A DNA stretch of 64,000 bases. Source: an uncultured Verrucomicrobiae bacterium. GTDB taxonomy: Bacteria; Verrucomicrobiota; Verrucomicrobiia; Chthoniobacterales; Terrimicrobiaceae. A program made the position numbers and the translations under genes. The notes beneath the pieces were generated by a model that was not told the DNA's origin, made no database searches, and worked only from the letters and a program-made list of their open reading frames with translations. The stretch is from contig CAVPOC010000002.1 in the NCBI GenBank assembly GCA_963706955.1, positions 192,001 through 256,000 of the forward strand, given 5' to 3'. This document shows, piece after piece, positions 1 through 9,034 of this stretch. The first letter of the stretch is position 1; each line of letters begins with the position of its first letter.

Positions 1-1720
1 TCCGTGAAGCGAGGTTGACGGTATCCCCGATGACAGTCATGTCCATTCGCTGATGCGAACCGATGTTCCCAAAGATAGCGGGTCCGTAGCTGATGCCAAT
101 GCCAGAACCCCACGGGGGGATCCCCAGTGTGTTGCGCCGTTCATTGATGGCCGCGAGCCGCTCCTTCATGTTGAGGGCCGCGAGCACCGCATTTTGCGCA
201 TCCTCTTCGCGATTGGCAGGTCGCAGGCCCCCCCAGGTGGCCATCAGGGCGTCACCAATAAATTTGTCGAGTGTCCCCGAATGCGTGAAGACCACCTCGA
301 CCATCTCGCGAAAATACTCGTTGAGCAGAGTCACCATTTCGGCCGGATCAAGCCGCTCGGAGTCTGATGTAAAGCCCTTGAGATCCGAAAAGAGGACGAC
401 CATCTCCTTTCGTTGGCCGCCCAGGCTTTGCAGGTAGGAATCGGGATTCTCCGCAATTTCACGCACGACGTCCCTGGAGACGTAGCGCTCGAGCGTCGCC
501 CGCATGCGCCCGCGCTCCCTTCGCTCAATCGAGACGTCGCAGACCACACCTGCAAAGCCGCAGACAAGCCACGTCAGCAGCGGAGCCGCCGTCGGCAAGA
601 AGTACGAAAAGAGCCAAAGCACGGCTGTGCAAAGCAGCAGCCAGAAGAGCGCGCCGCCCACAACTCCTGCGGCGAGCGATTTCGCGCTGCCGCGGAAGAA
701 GAAAGTCAAGCCAAGGGACGCCAGCGTCGCGAAAACGATCGCCACGATGGTGGCCGCGAGACCGGCCTGCTTGAGCCAGCTGCCGCGGAGCATCGCCGCG
801 AGCGCATGCAGGTTGATTTCCGGACCGGAAAGCTTGCCCCAAGGAGTGAGATAAAAGTCATGCAGCCGCTCAGCCGTTGCTCCGACAAGAACGATGCGAT
901 CCTTGAAAAACGCTCCGTCACCGTAATTTGACTTCCAAAACTCCGGCACAAAGATCTCAAAAAGAGAAACGAGACGAGCTGTTCCCGGCAATGAATAGCG
1001 AAAGCGCAGCGGCTCGTGTTCGGGGCTCTCTGGAACAGTGGCTCCCAAGAGACGCGCAGAGACCGTGGCCAGTGAAGGCACCACCTCTTCGTGGTGAAGC
1101 GTGGGAACGCCGATGATGTTTGAGGCGCTGGCAGCGGTGTAGAGCGATCGCACCTTATTATCCCTCCACATCGGCAGGTTAACGATACCCCAGTTTTCCT
1201 TCGCCGCTTCACGGAATGCCTCGTTGGGAACCACCAGCTGCGGTGCGTTGGCGCCACGATCCCGGGAGTCCGGATTTTCGAAGGAAGCTGCCAAAACGAC
1301 CTTTTCCGCATGCGGCTGTAGGGCGCTGGCCAAGAGCTGGTCACCTTCTCTCGAGGTCGGAAAAAGAAGGTCGAAGATCACCATCCGCGCGCCCGCAGCC
1401 ATTAATTTTTCGGTCAAGGCCGCATACACTTCTCGCGACCAGGGAAAGCCTGCCTGCATCAGCTGGAGAGGGCGCGATTCGGCAATCTCCTCCGGGCTAA
1501 CCTCCCCGAGGCTTAGCGATCGCTCATCGATAGTCACGAGCGCGAATTCCTTCGGCAACTCCGCCCGGGTGGTGATCCGAAGCAGCCAATCTTGGAGGTA
1601 AAGGTTCAGGCTGCCAACGAAGGGTGTGAACAAGGTTGCCAGCAAGACGGCGACCATGCCGAGCGCCGTCGCCAGCAATTGCCAGCGAAGTCTTAGCGAG
1701 GACACGCGGGTCATTTGCAT
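1..1720 (-). CDS. CHASE2-domain class III adenylate/guanylate cyclase (3' end runs off the window)
   Basis: Translated by hand (not in the ORF track because no stop lies in the window). ATG at 1720 is in frame with the CHASE2-like FFKDRIVLVGATAERLHDFYLTPWGKLSGPEINLHALAAM, a hydrophobic TM block, and the cyclase motifs GIGISYGPAIFGNIGSHQRMDMTVIGDTVNLASR at the window edge. Confidence 0.88.
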   Translation of the reverse strand, partial: MQMTRVSSLRLRWQLLATALGMVAVLLATLFTPFVGSLNLYLQDWLLRITTRAELPKEFALVTIDERSLSLGEVSPEEIAESRPLQLMQAGFPWSREVYAALTEKLMAAGARMVIFDLLFPTSREGDQLLASALQPHAEKVVLAASFENPDSRDRGANAPQLVVPNEAFREAAKENWGIVNLPMWRDNKVRSLYTAASASNIIGVPTLHHEEVVPSLATVSARLLGATVPESPEHEPLRFRYSLPGTARLVSLFEIFVPEFWKSNYGDGAFFKDRIVLVGATAERLHDFYLTPWGKLSGPEINLHALAAMLRGSWLKQAGLAATIVAIVFATLASLGLTFFFRGSAKSLAAGVVGGALFWLLLCTAVLWLFSYFLPTAAPLLTWLVCGFAGVVCDVSIERRERGRMRATLERYVSRDVVREIAENPDSYLQSLGGQRKEMVVLFSDLKGFTSDSERLDPAEMVTLLNEYFREMVEVVFTHSGTLDKFIGDALMATWGGLRPANREEDAQNAVLAALNMKERLAAINERRNTLGIPPWGSGIGISYGPAIFGNIGSHQRMDMTVIGDTVNLASR

Positions 1721-1803
1721 CTCAAACAGAGGAATCCTCCTGAGACACGAATGCAAGCCGCACTACAACTACAGCTTGACTTTTTCAAAAATTTCAGCCG
1801 CCT

Positions 1804-2742
1804 ATGCAGCTCGTGCTGCTCAGAACAATTCTTCTACTCGCCGCCCTCATATCCTGTATCCGAGTTTCCAAAGCCCAGCAGACGGGACGAGAAGCGCGCG
1901 CGGAAACGGCGACCAGGACCACGTCGATGCTTCAACGCACCCAAGCCGCAACGCGAGCTCCCGAGCAATATGTGCAAGCTGAGGCGGATTTCGGGGAGCT
2001 GGTCCCTGTCCCAACAACGGCGTTTGGTCTCAACCCGTACCTGGTCGGGACCGCCGGTCTGAACTACACGTCAAACCCGAGCCTCTCCAACAATGGGGGA
2101 CGCGGCGACCTCTACTTCGTGGGAGGGGGAGGCGCCGGCATCCGTCCGAACCTGATCGGCGGACTTTACCTCGACGGCCACGTTTCTGACCTCGTTTATC
2201 AGTACGCCCGCTTCTCCTCACTGAACTTCAATTATTTCAACGCGGGTGGCGGGTTTGACTACGTCTTCACCAATTTGGGCGACCTCATCGCCTCAATCCG
2301 TTACGAGTATGAGCGCTACATTGATGGCGATTCTCTCGACGAATTTTACGTCAACAATGCATTGACGTTCGCCCTATTTAAGGAGTTCCCTCTCAACGAG
2401 AAATTCAGCTTCCAGGCCGGCACGCAGGCCGCCATTTCGCTCACGGCGGAGCCGGCTTCCGCGCGGTTCAATGAATTTGACTTCTGGGTGGGATCGCGCT
2501 GGCGCATCCTCACGCCCCTCGAACTCCAAACTTTTTACGTTCTCTCGCTGTTTTACTACCCGCAGGGTGATACCCGAACCGACGTAACCAACACCGTCGG
2601 AGCCGCCTTGACTCTTGAATTCACAAGATGGGCTCGCCTAGTAGCGACCACCAGTTTCTCGGCCAACAACTCGACAAACTCGTTTTTTGAATATACTGTA
2701 GTAAATGTTGGGGGGATTTTGAACCTCGATTTTCGTTTTTAG
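1804..2742 (+). CDS. Outer-membrane beta-barrel protein
   Basis: N-terminal signal peptide, Y/F/G/N-rich amphipathic beta-strands, C-terminal ...GGILNLDFRF BAM-type signal ending in Phe. Confidence 0.75.
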   Translation: MQLVLLRTILLLAALISCIRVSKAQQTGREARAETATRTTSMLQRTQAATRAPEQYVQAEADFGELVPVPTTAFGLNPYLVGTAGLNYTSNPSLSNNGGRGDLYFVGGGGAGIRPNLIGGLYLDGHVSDLVYQYARFSSLNFNYFNAGGGFDYVFTNLGDLIASIRYEYERYIDGDSLDEFYVNNALTFALFKEFPLNEKFSFQAGTQAAISLTAEPASARFNEFDFWVGSRWRILTPLELQTFYVLSLFYYPQGDTRTDVTNTVGAALTLEFTRWARLVATTSFSANNSTNSFFEYTVVNVGGILNLDFRF

Positions 2743-2745
2743 ACC

Positions 2746-3810
2746 ATGAATGGAAGAATCGTCGGCCTGATCGCTTGCGCTGTGTTTCCAGCGAGCCTTT
2801 TAGCGGAGCCCTTTGAGGAGGCCCGCGTCACCGAAACTGTCAAGATTGTCTCCCTCCTGCAACAATTGCAGAAGCCTCAGCCGGCCGTGATTGGCGACGT
2901 CATTAAGGGGCAAACTGCTCTCAAAACCGGAGGCGAGTCTCGTGCTGAGCTTAAATTTCCAGACCTCACGATGACTCGGGTCGGAGCTAATTCGCTCTTC
3001 CGATTCTATGCGGGGGGACGCGATATGGCCCTGGACGGAGGAACCATGCTCTTTTATTCCCCGAAAGGTACCGGCGGAGGTAAAGTGCAGGCGGGTGCGG
3101 TTACGGCGGCGGTTACTGGATCGGCCATCATGGTGATGAATTTGGGGCCCACAATCAAGGTGGTTTGCCTGGAGCACGCTGCGGTGGTTTCGGGCCCGGG
3201 CTTCACCCGCAAGATCCGCGCGGGCCAGGTCATCGACCAAACTGGGAAAGTGACTAACATCAGCCTGCAGGCCCTCGCCAAGAGTAGCAATCTCTGTAGC
3301 GGGTTCTCCACGGCGCTTCCTTTCTCGATCAAGAATTACCGCTCGCCGGAATTGAACTTAAATCTCGATACCAACGTTGATCAGACCGGCCAGGTTGCGC
3401 GGCGCACAATCGACCGCGATCAGCAGAGTGCACTGGTCAATAATCCGCCGGTTCAGTCTCAATCGGGATCCCCGAGGTCCCTTCCGATCCCGGTTGTCTC
3501 CCGTTCTAACGGCTCCGTCTCTCCGCCTCCTGCTCCGCCAACTGATCAACCTGGTTCGCCACCTGATCAACCTGGTTCGCCACCCGGTGAGCCTGGTTCG
3601 CCACCCGGTGAGCCTGGTTCGCCACCCGATCGGCCTCCAACTGTGGAGCCCGGCCAGCCAGGTGATGGTCAGCCAGATAAGCCTCGGCGAGGGAACCGCG
3701 GTAACATCAAGAACAACGAGAAGCGCGGCAACAGCGGCAATAATCGCAGCAACATTAAGAATGTGGAGAACCGGGGCAATAGCGGGAATGCTCCAGGGCG
3801 AACAAGGTGA
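2746..3810 (+). CDS. Exported FecR-domain protein with Pro-rich and Asn/Gly-rich low-complexity tail
   Basis: Signal peptide (…FPASLLA), FecR-like LKTGGESRAELKFPDLTMTRVGANS…GTML…AAVTGS; starts 3 nt after the beta-barrel stop. Confidence 0.8.
   Translation: MNGRIVGLIACAVFPASLLAEPFEEARVTETVKIVSLLQQLQKPQPAVIGDVIKGQTALKTGGESRAELKFPDLTMTRVGANSLFRFYAGGRDMALDGGTMLFYSPKGTGGGKVQAGAVTAAVTGSAIMVMNLGPTIKVVCLEHAAVVSGPGFTRKIRAGQVIDQTGKVTNISLQALAKSSNLCSGFSTALPFSIKNYRSPELNLNLDTNVDQTGQVARRTIDRDQQSALVNNPPVQSQSGSPRSLPIPVVSRSNGSVSPPPAPPTDQPGSPPDQPGSPPGEPGSPPGEPGSPPDRPPTVEPGQPGDGQPDKPRRGNRGNIKNNEKRGNSGNNRSNIKNVENRGNSGNAPGRTR
3544..3627 (+). repeat. 21-bp coding tandem repeat x4 (DQPGSPP x2, GEPGSPP x2)
   Basis: gatcaacctggttcgccacc(t/c) x2 followed by ggtgagcctggttcgccaccc x2. 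Confidence 0.95.
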
Positions 3811-4120
3811 TAGCGCCAGTTGCCCGGCCGAACCGCGCATTGCGCGCATGCCTTGGGCCCTGCTGAGGTATCAGGCACGTAGAACCTGATCCGCGGTTCC
3901 CAGCGAAGAAACGAGCGAAGGCGGACTCGGTGGCGGGCTCCGCGAGGGTGCCGAAACGGGCGTCAGTGGGGCGAGAAATTCGGTGGTGCGAATTGAGCGT
4001 TGAGGCGCACTGAGTTCCCCAACGAACCGGCGTGGGATAGCCCTGCGCCGGACGGCAAAGTCGTCGCTTCGCGCCTTTCAGCGCTATGAAGCATCTCAAC
4101 CGTTTAGAAGCCGCCGTGTT

Positions 4121-4999
4121 TTAGTCCACTGCGGTTTTCTCTTTCGACTTCAGGGCGGCGACCTGGCCTTCAACGGCCCGACGATTGATGACAAAGGTGT
4201 TGTTGTCGCCGTAGGAGGCCCACGGTCCAGTCGGAACTTCATCGAAGTCGACAAATTTCCAATCCGTCACATCGGTGTCGTCCATACCGAGATAATCACG
4301 GACCGCGGGCGAGACATCGAGTCCGGCGCCTTTGTTCAGGTTCGGGAGAGGACGCTCGGGCCCAAACACATATTGCCAATTGTCGGTCCGGAAGGGTCCC
4401 GCATCTTCCCATTGCGCGTAGCAGACGCGATCGCCTTTGCGAATGGCAATCCACCGTCCTTTGCAAACCGACTTGTGAGGTCCCTTGTACTCCTTCTTGA
4501 ACCAGGGAATGACCTGTTTCGCCTCGGGTTTGTGGCCGTTCGAGGTCTTGTCATTGTACGGGAGGGCAACGTAAAAGGGATTTTGACTCGGGACGAAACT
4601 GTCCGGGATGAACTCACCCGTGCGCCTGGAGCGATCGGGAGTGTCGGTGCCGCCATAGTTCTGGGCCCATTTCGCATCCCAGCTGCTTTTGTGGTTGGGC
4701 ACGGGATTGTTCTGCGTTGGCTTTTCGCCGATCCAGAATGTTGTTGTTACGATCTCCTTTTTCCACGGGTAACGATCCAGAACATCCGAAGGCACATCCT
4801 GCAGCTCCTCTGTCGGAGGCGGTGTGCCATCCTGAGCGCTTTCCTCAGTCGCCTTCTGTGCCTGACTAGGGCGCATCTTTTTGCTCGTCTTGGTGAGATC
4901 CTTGATGTCGGACTTCGCCATGAGGGCGTGAGCCGTAAAAATGGAGGTGATGGATGACGCCCAAATACCGAAGAACTGGAGGAGCGAGCCGCGTTTCAT
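4121..4999 (-). CDS. Conserved-looking exported hypothetical protein, possibly double-psi beta-barrel (RlpA/expansin-like)
   Basis: Hydrophobic N-terminus after M at 4999; Trp-rich globular domain with QWEDAGP and AGLDVSPAV motifs resembling the DPBB D-x-G-P and D-L-S motifs. Confidence 0.6.
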   Translation of the reverse strand: MKRGSLLQFFGIWASSITSIFTAHALMAKSDIKDLTKTSKKMRPSQAQKATEESAQDGTPPPTEELQDVPSDVLDRYPWKKEIVTTTFWIGEKPTQNNPVPNHKSSWDAKWAQNYGGTDTPDRSRRTGEFIPDSFVPSQNPFYVALPYNDKTSNGHKPEAKQVIPWFKKEYKGPHKSVCKGRWIAIRKGDRVCYAQWEDAGPFRTDNWQYVFGPERPLPNLNKGAGLDVSPAVRDYLGMDDTDVTDWKFVDFDEVPTGPWASYGDNNTFVINRRAVEGQVAALKSKEKTAVD

Positions 5000-5127
5000 G
5001 GACTGCCTTTCCCCAGCGTGTGGTTTGAGGCCGCGCGCGAAGGCGTGTGCCGTCACGCTGGTGACTAGATTTTCGGCCCGCAGCGGCGGGTCTGGCAAGT
5101 ATTTTTTGCGTGGGCGGACGGGGCGGA

Positions 5128-5155
5128 TTGCAACCGCACGCCAGAGATCTATGCT
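5128..5155 (+). promoter_or_regulatory. sigma70-like promoter, probably leaderless, for the quinone reductase
   Basis: TTGCAA-16 nt-TATGCT, ending 6 nt before the GTG start at 5162; no SD sequence. Confidence 0.5.
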
Positions 5156-5161
5156 TGCGCC

Positions 5162-6118
5162 GTGAAGGCGATTCGCGTGGGACGATTCGGAGGGCCAGAG
5201 GTATTGGAACTGGTCGAGGTGCCAGACCTACAGATTTCCGCCGGACAAATCCTGGTTCAAATTAGGGCTATCGGGGTAAACCCTGTGGAAACTTATATTC
5301 GTGCGGGAACCTACGCTCGAAAACCGCCTCTTCCTTACACACCGGGAAGTGACGGTGCCGGGATAATCGTGGCTGCGGATGGTAGTAATCTCAAGGCCGG
5401 GGATCGTGTATTTCTTTCAGGGTCCATCTCGGGAACTTACGCGGAAGCTGCTGTTTGCACGCCCGATCAAGTTCACCCACTTCCCGAGGTCACGACCTTT
5501 GCTCAGGGCGCGGCCATGGGAATTCCCTATGCGACCGCATACCGAGGAATCTTTCATCGCGGAGACATGCGCAGCGGTGAAACGCTCCTCGTGCATGGCG
5601 CGAGTGGAGGCGTCGGAACCGCCGCGGTGCAACTGGCGCACGGCGCGGGCATCAAGGTCTTCGGCACGGCCGGTTCACCCGAGGGCCGCGAACTCGTTCG
5701 AAAGCTAGGCGCAGACCTGGCCTTCGATCATCATGACGCTGACTATCGCCAGGCTATCATGGAGGCCACGGAAGCTCGCGGAGTTGATTGTATTCTTGAG
5801 ATGCTCGCCAACGTGAACCTTGGCGCTGATCTTCAACTGCTGGCTCCGCGCGGGCGCGTCGTTGTTATTGGCAGCCGCGGCAGTGTGGAAATAAACCCTC
5901 GCGATGCGATGATGCGCGATGCGGATATTCGCGGAATGATTCTCGCCAACGCCCCGCGAGAGGAGCTGGGCGCAATCTACAACTCGTTGGGAAAGCAGCT
6001 CGCGGAAGGCCGCATCCAGCCAGTCATCGGAAAAGAGCTGCCGCTCTCCTCCGCCCCCGAGGCGCACCGCACGGTGATGTCGCCCAATGCCCGCGGCAAG
6101 ATCGTGCTCATCCCGTAG
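5162..6118 (+). CDS. qor: NADPH:quinone reductase (zeta-crystallin/MDR family)
   Basis: GGPEVL, GVNPVE, PYTPGSDGAG, VHGASGGVG, C-terminal GKIVL. Confidence 0.9.
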   Translation: MKAIRVGRFGGPEVLELVEVPDLQISAGQILVQIRAIGVNPVETYIRAGTYARKPPLPYTPGSDGAGIIVAADGSNLKAGDRVFLSGSISGTYAEAAVCTPDQVHPLPEVTTFAQGAAMGIPYATAYRGIFHRGDMRSGETLLVHGASGGVGTAAVQLAHGAGIKVFGTAGSPEGRELVRKLGADLAFDHHDADYRQAIMEATEARGVDCILEMLANVNLGADLQLLAPRGRVVVIGSRGSVEINPRDAMMRDADIRGMILANAPREELGAIYNSLGKQLAEGRIQPVIGKELPLSSAPEAHRTVMSPNARGKIVLIP

Positions 6119-6186
6119 TGGTTACTTCTGAGCAACTCCTCTCGCGCGAAGCCGATTCTCTCGGACTCGCTCGATAGGACCTTTTC

Positions 6187-8010
6187 CTATTCAGTTACTC
6201 GACGTAGGTGCAGGCACCATTCGATCACGAGGAGCACGAGGGCCGCGAGAGCGAGCCAGCGCCACGGCTGCAAAGCACCCCAACTACCAGTGAAAGACAG
6301 GGCCTTGTTCTCGCTTTCAGCGGCTCGCACATCGGACTCCGCCGCGTCCGAGGTATTCACCGCTAACCAACGTGTTCCCTCCGAACCACGAACTTCGTAG
6401 AACCCATTTTTTCTCACCGTCAACGGCGTTGGCGAGTACGCGGCCGGTTCAGTTTCGCGGGCAGCCTGCAGTTGGGGAAGCGGATCTTTGCGGATCTCTT
6501 CACCCGCTCTTGGGAAGAAGGTCCCGCCGGCCTTCACGAGCGTCTCGCTGCGCGAGTGGCGTTCAGCAAGCCAGTGAATGACGTTGCTTACGAACAGAGG
6601 AAAGCCAACGCGCAACGGAAAGTTGGAATCTGCCACCGCGAAAGCGACCGCGACCATGCGTGCTCCCTGCGGATCTTCAAGGGCCATGACCATCGGCTCG
6701 CCAGCGCTTCGCATCGGAATGCTGGCGCGCCAACGACTGTCCGCCGGAATCGTCAATTTCTCTGCCTTGGTCAGACGGATGTCGCGAAATTCCACATTCC
6801 AAAGCAGTGGGCTAGTGGATTCAGAGGCCTCGAGAAAGTCGGGCGAGATTTGCTCTCCGGCGAGATTGAACGGCGTGCGCCCAAAGAAGAGGGACGGCTC
6901 GGAACCAAGCTTCTCGGAGGCTAAGTCTGCCGGTAGCCAATTGTCGAAAACGACAACATCGAAGCCAGCACCGAGAGTAGAGCGCCAGGACTCCGGCCGC
7001 AGGATCTCCATCGCAATCGAGGGGTCAGCCTTTATTGCATTTTCAAGAAACGGATCGTCTTCGCCCACCAGGAGCACACGCAGTTGCTGGCCGGTCGGCA
7101 GCACGGCACGAGCCGAATTGTCGAAATTCAACGCGTCCTTTGAAGTAAGCCTTGCAACGAGAAAGCCGGTTCCGGAAGCCAACATTTCCTTGGGAATGAT
7201 CGCCGAGAAATCGCGTTGTTCGCCCGGACCCAATGGGAACCGCTGCAAATCGAAGGGTTTCCCATCCAGCGAAAGCTCCAGTTCAGCGGTATTCGCATCG
7301 CGAGAGAAGTTTCCCAGCCGAACCATGAGTTCGGCAGACTGCGGACTTGCCGGCAGCGGCCGTTGCGCGAGAGCCAGGAGCGCCAGGTTGTCTGTCGATT
7401 TCCCGACGGTAATCTGCTCGGCATTTTCCGGGGCGGCTGCTTTTCGGTCGCCAATGACGATGAGCCTCTTTTCACCCGGTTTAGCGTCGAGAAGTCTGCC
7501 GGCCAGCACCATGGCTTCATCGAGGTTCCCACCTGCGTCCGAGGGCTCCAGCGACGACAACTTTCGGCGCAGCTCCTTCCCGTCACTCGAGAATGAGGAG
7601 ACGATTCGCGGAGCTCCCTCCACCGCCAGGATAGCCACTTCGTCATGAGGACCAAGCCTGGAGACCACGTCTTGTGCCGCCCGCAGAGCCTCATCAAAGA
7701 TACCCGGCGCTTGCATGCGGGCTCGCATATCCAGGACGAGCACGGTCGAGCGATGACCGCGTGAGGAAACCTCCTGCGGCCGGGCGAGCGCGAGAAGCAA
7801 CAGGAGCATGATCACCAACTGGAGGATCAAGGAGAGCGGATTGCGCAGCCGGCCGAGAAACTTGCGATGCGGCTCGCGCTCCAGGACTCTCTGCCAGAAG
7901 AGCAGGCTGGAGAACTCCAGCGGCCTTCGCGATGGGCGGCGCAAATACAGCACCACGATGGGAACGGCCAGCGATCCGAGGAAGAAGGCTGCGGGAAAGA
8001 GAAAATTCAT
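6187..8010 (-). CDS. BatA N-terminal / vWA domain membrane protein
   Basis: N-terminal MNFLFP…FSSLLFW…LLLLALARP (BatA-like), vWA-like VLVLDMRARM, C-terminal TM ending LLVIEW. Confidence 0.8.
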   Translation of the reverse strand: MNFLFPAAFFLGSLAVPIVVLYLRRPSRRPLEFSSLLFWQRVLEREPHRKFLGRLRNPLSLILQLVIMLLLLLALARPQEVSSRGHRSTVLVLDMRARMQAPGIFDEALRAAQDVVSRLGPHDEVAILAVEGAPRIVSSFSSDGKELRRKLSSLEPSDAGGNLDEAMVLAGRLLDAKPGEKRLIVIGDRKAAAPENAEQITVGKSTDNLALLALAQRPLPASPQSAELMVRLGNFSRDANTAELELSLDGKPFDLQRFPLGPGEQRDFSAIIPKEMLASGTGFLVARLTSKDALNFDNSARAVLPTGQQLRVLLVGEDDPFLENAIKADPSIAMEILRPESWRSTLGAGFDVVVFDNWLPADLASEKLGSEPSLFFGRTPFNLAGEQISPDFLEASESTSPLLWNVEFRDIRLTKAEKLTIPADSRWRASIPMRSAGEPMVMALEDPQGARMVAVAFAVADSNFPLRVGFPLFVSNVIHWLAERHSRSETLVKAGGTFFPRAGEEIRKDPLPQLQAARETEPAAYSPTPLTVRKNGFYEVRGSEGTRWLAVNTSDAAESDVRAAESENKALSFTGSWGALQPWRWLALAALVLLVIEWCLHLRRVTE

Positions 8011-8909
8011 CGCACCAGCCCGTCGCGACGGAAATCTCGGAGAATAATCTCATCAAAAGCGGCGTCGGCGCTGACGAAGGAATAGCCGGCATTGTGCCGC
8101 GCGCACCAGGACTTGAGTCCGCCGCGAAAGCGATCGACTTCCGCGCGATAGAGCCGCCGCAGAGTCGCATTCGCCGTCACGGCCAGTTCCTGCGCGCTCT
8201 CGCAGTCGCGGAGGAGCAAGTCTCCGCTTTGGCTGGGATCGCATTCGGCCGGATCCATCAGATGAACAAGATGCACCGCAAAATGCCGACCGACCAGCGC
8301 ACTCAAGCCACGCTCGTATCCCGAAGGATCGAGGCAGTCGCTCAAGACGATCGCCAGGCCGCGTCGGCGTCGGCCACGTCCAAAGCGTTCCAAGCTCGAG
8401 GAGAGATCGGTGGCGTGCCCGGATGGGTCTGCCCGTAAGAAGCGCAGAACATCATGGAACGCCGGTATCCCCCGGTAACGTCCACTCTCTGCGCGCAATG
8501 TGGAATCGAAAAACCAGAGCGCCACGTGGTCGAGGCCATGCAACGCAAAATAGGCCAACGCCGCCGCCAGCTGCCGGGCCAGCACGAACTTGGGGGTATG
8601 CGAAGCGTCGCTGCCGCGCCAGTGCATAGAGGCGCTGCAATCGATCAGAACGCCGACGTCGAGCTCCTCTTCTTCCTCGTAGAGCTTCATCATCAGGCGC
8701 TCGATTCTCCCATAGATGTTCCAATCGATTCGTCGTGGATCGTCACCCGGCACATAGTTTCGAAAGTCGGCAAACTCCAGGCTCGAGCCCATGCGGCGCG
8801 AGCGCCGTTCAGCGCGCAACGTTCCCGCAAAGCGCTTGCTCATTTGCAAGCGCACGTGCTCGAGGCGCACGCGGAAATCGTCGTCGAATATGTTGGCCTC
8901 GTCGGACAT
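8007..8909 (-). CDS. DUF58 domain protein (MoxR-associated vWA-like)
   Basis: GSSLEFADFRNYVPGDDPRRIDWNIYGR, IDCSASM, IVLSD; overlaps the start of the vWA gene. Confidence 0.9.
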   Translation of the reverse strand: MSDEANIFDDDFRVRLEHVRLQMSKRFAGTLRAERRSRRMGSSLEFADFRNYVPGDDPRRIDWNIYGRIERLMMKLYEEEEELDVGVLIDCSASMHWRGSDASHTPKFVLARQLAAALAYFALHGLDHVALWFFDSTLRAESGRYRGIPAFHDVLRFLRADPSGHATDLSSSLERFGRGRRRRGLAIVLSDCLDPSGYERGLSALVGRHFAVHLVHLMDPAECDPSQSGDLLLRDCESAQELAVTANATLRRLYRAEVDRFRGGLKSWCARHNAGYSFVSADAAFDEIILRDFRRDGLVR

Positions 8910-9034
8910 GCCCACAACTACGCCGGGTTGCGCCCCTTTTCCACGCGCATCAGAGAAAATCACCGGAAGCAGCGCCGCGAAATTCTTGGTGATTTCTCTT
9001 GGAGGCTTCGCTTGCCTCGAATTTCTTTGCTGCT

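Noticed and set aside
3544..3627. Short direct repeats as a possible CRISPR array
   Set aside because: Units are contiguous with no spacers, are a multiple of 3 and encode a Pro-rich peptide; no cas genes in the window.
3811..4120. 310-bp intergenic gap as a possible ncRNA
   Set aside because: No tRNA, tmRNA, RNase P or 6S hallmarks recognisable by eye; only a short repeat remnant at 4070-4085.
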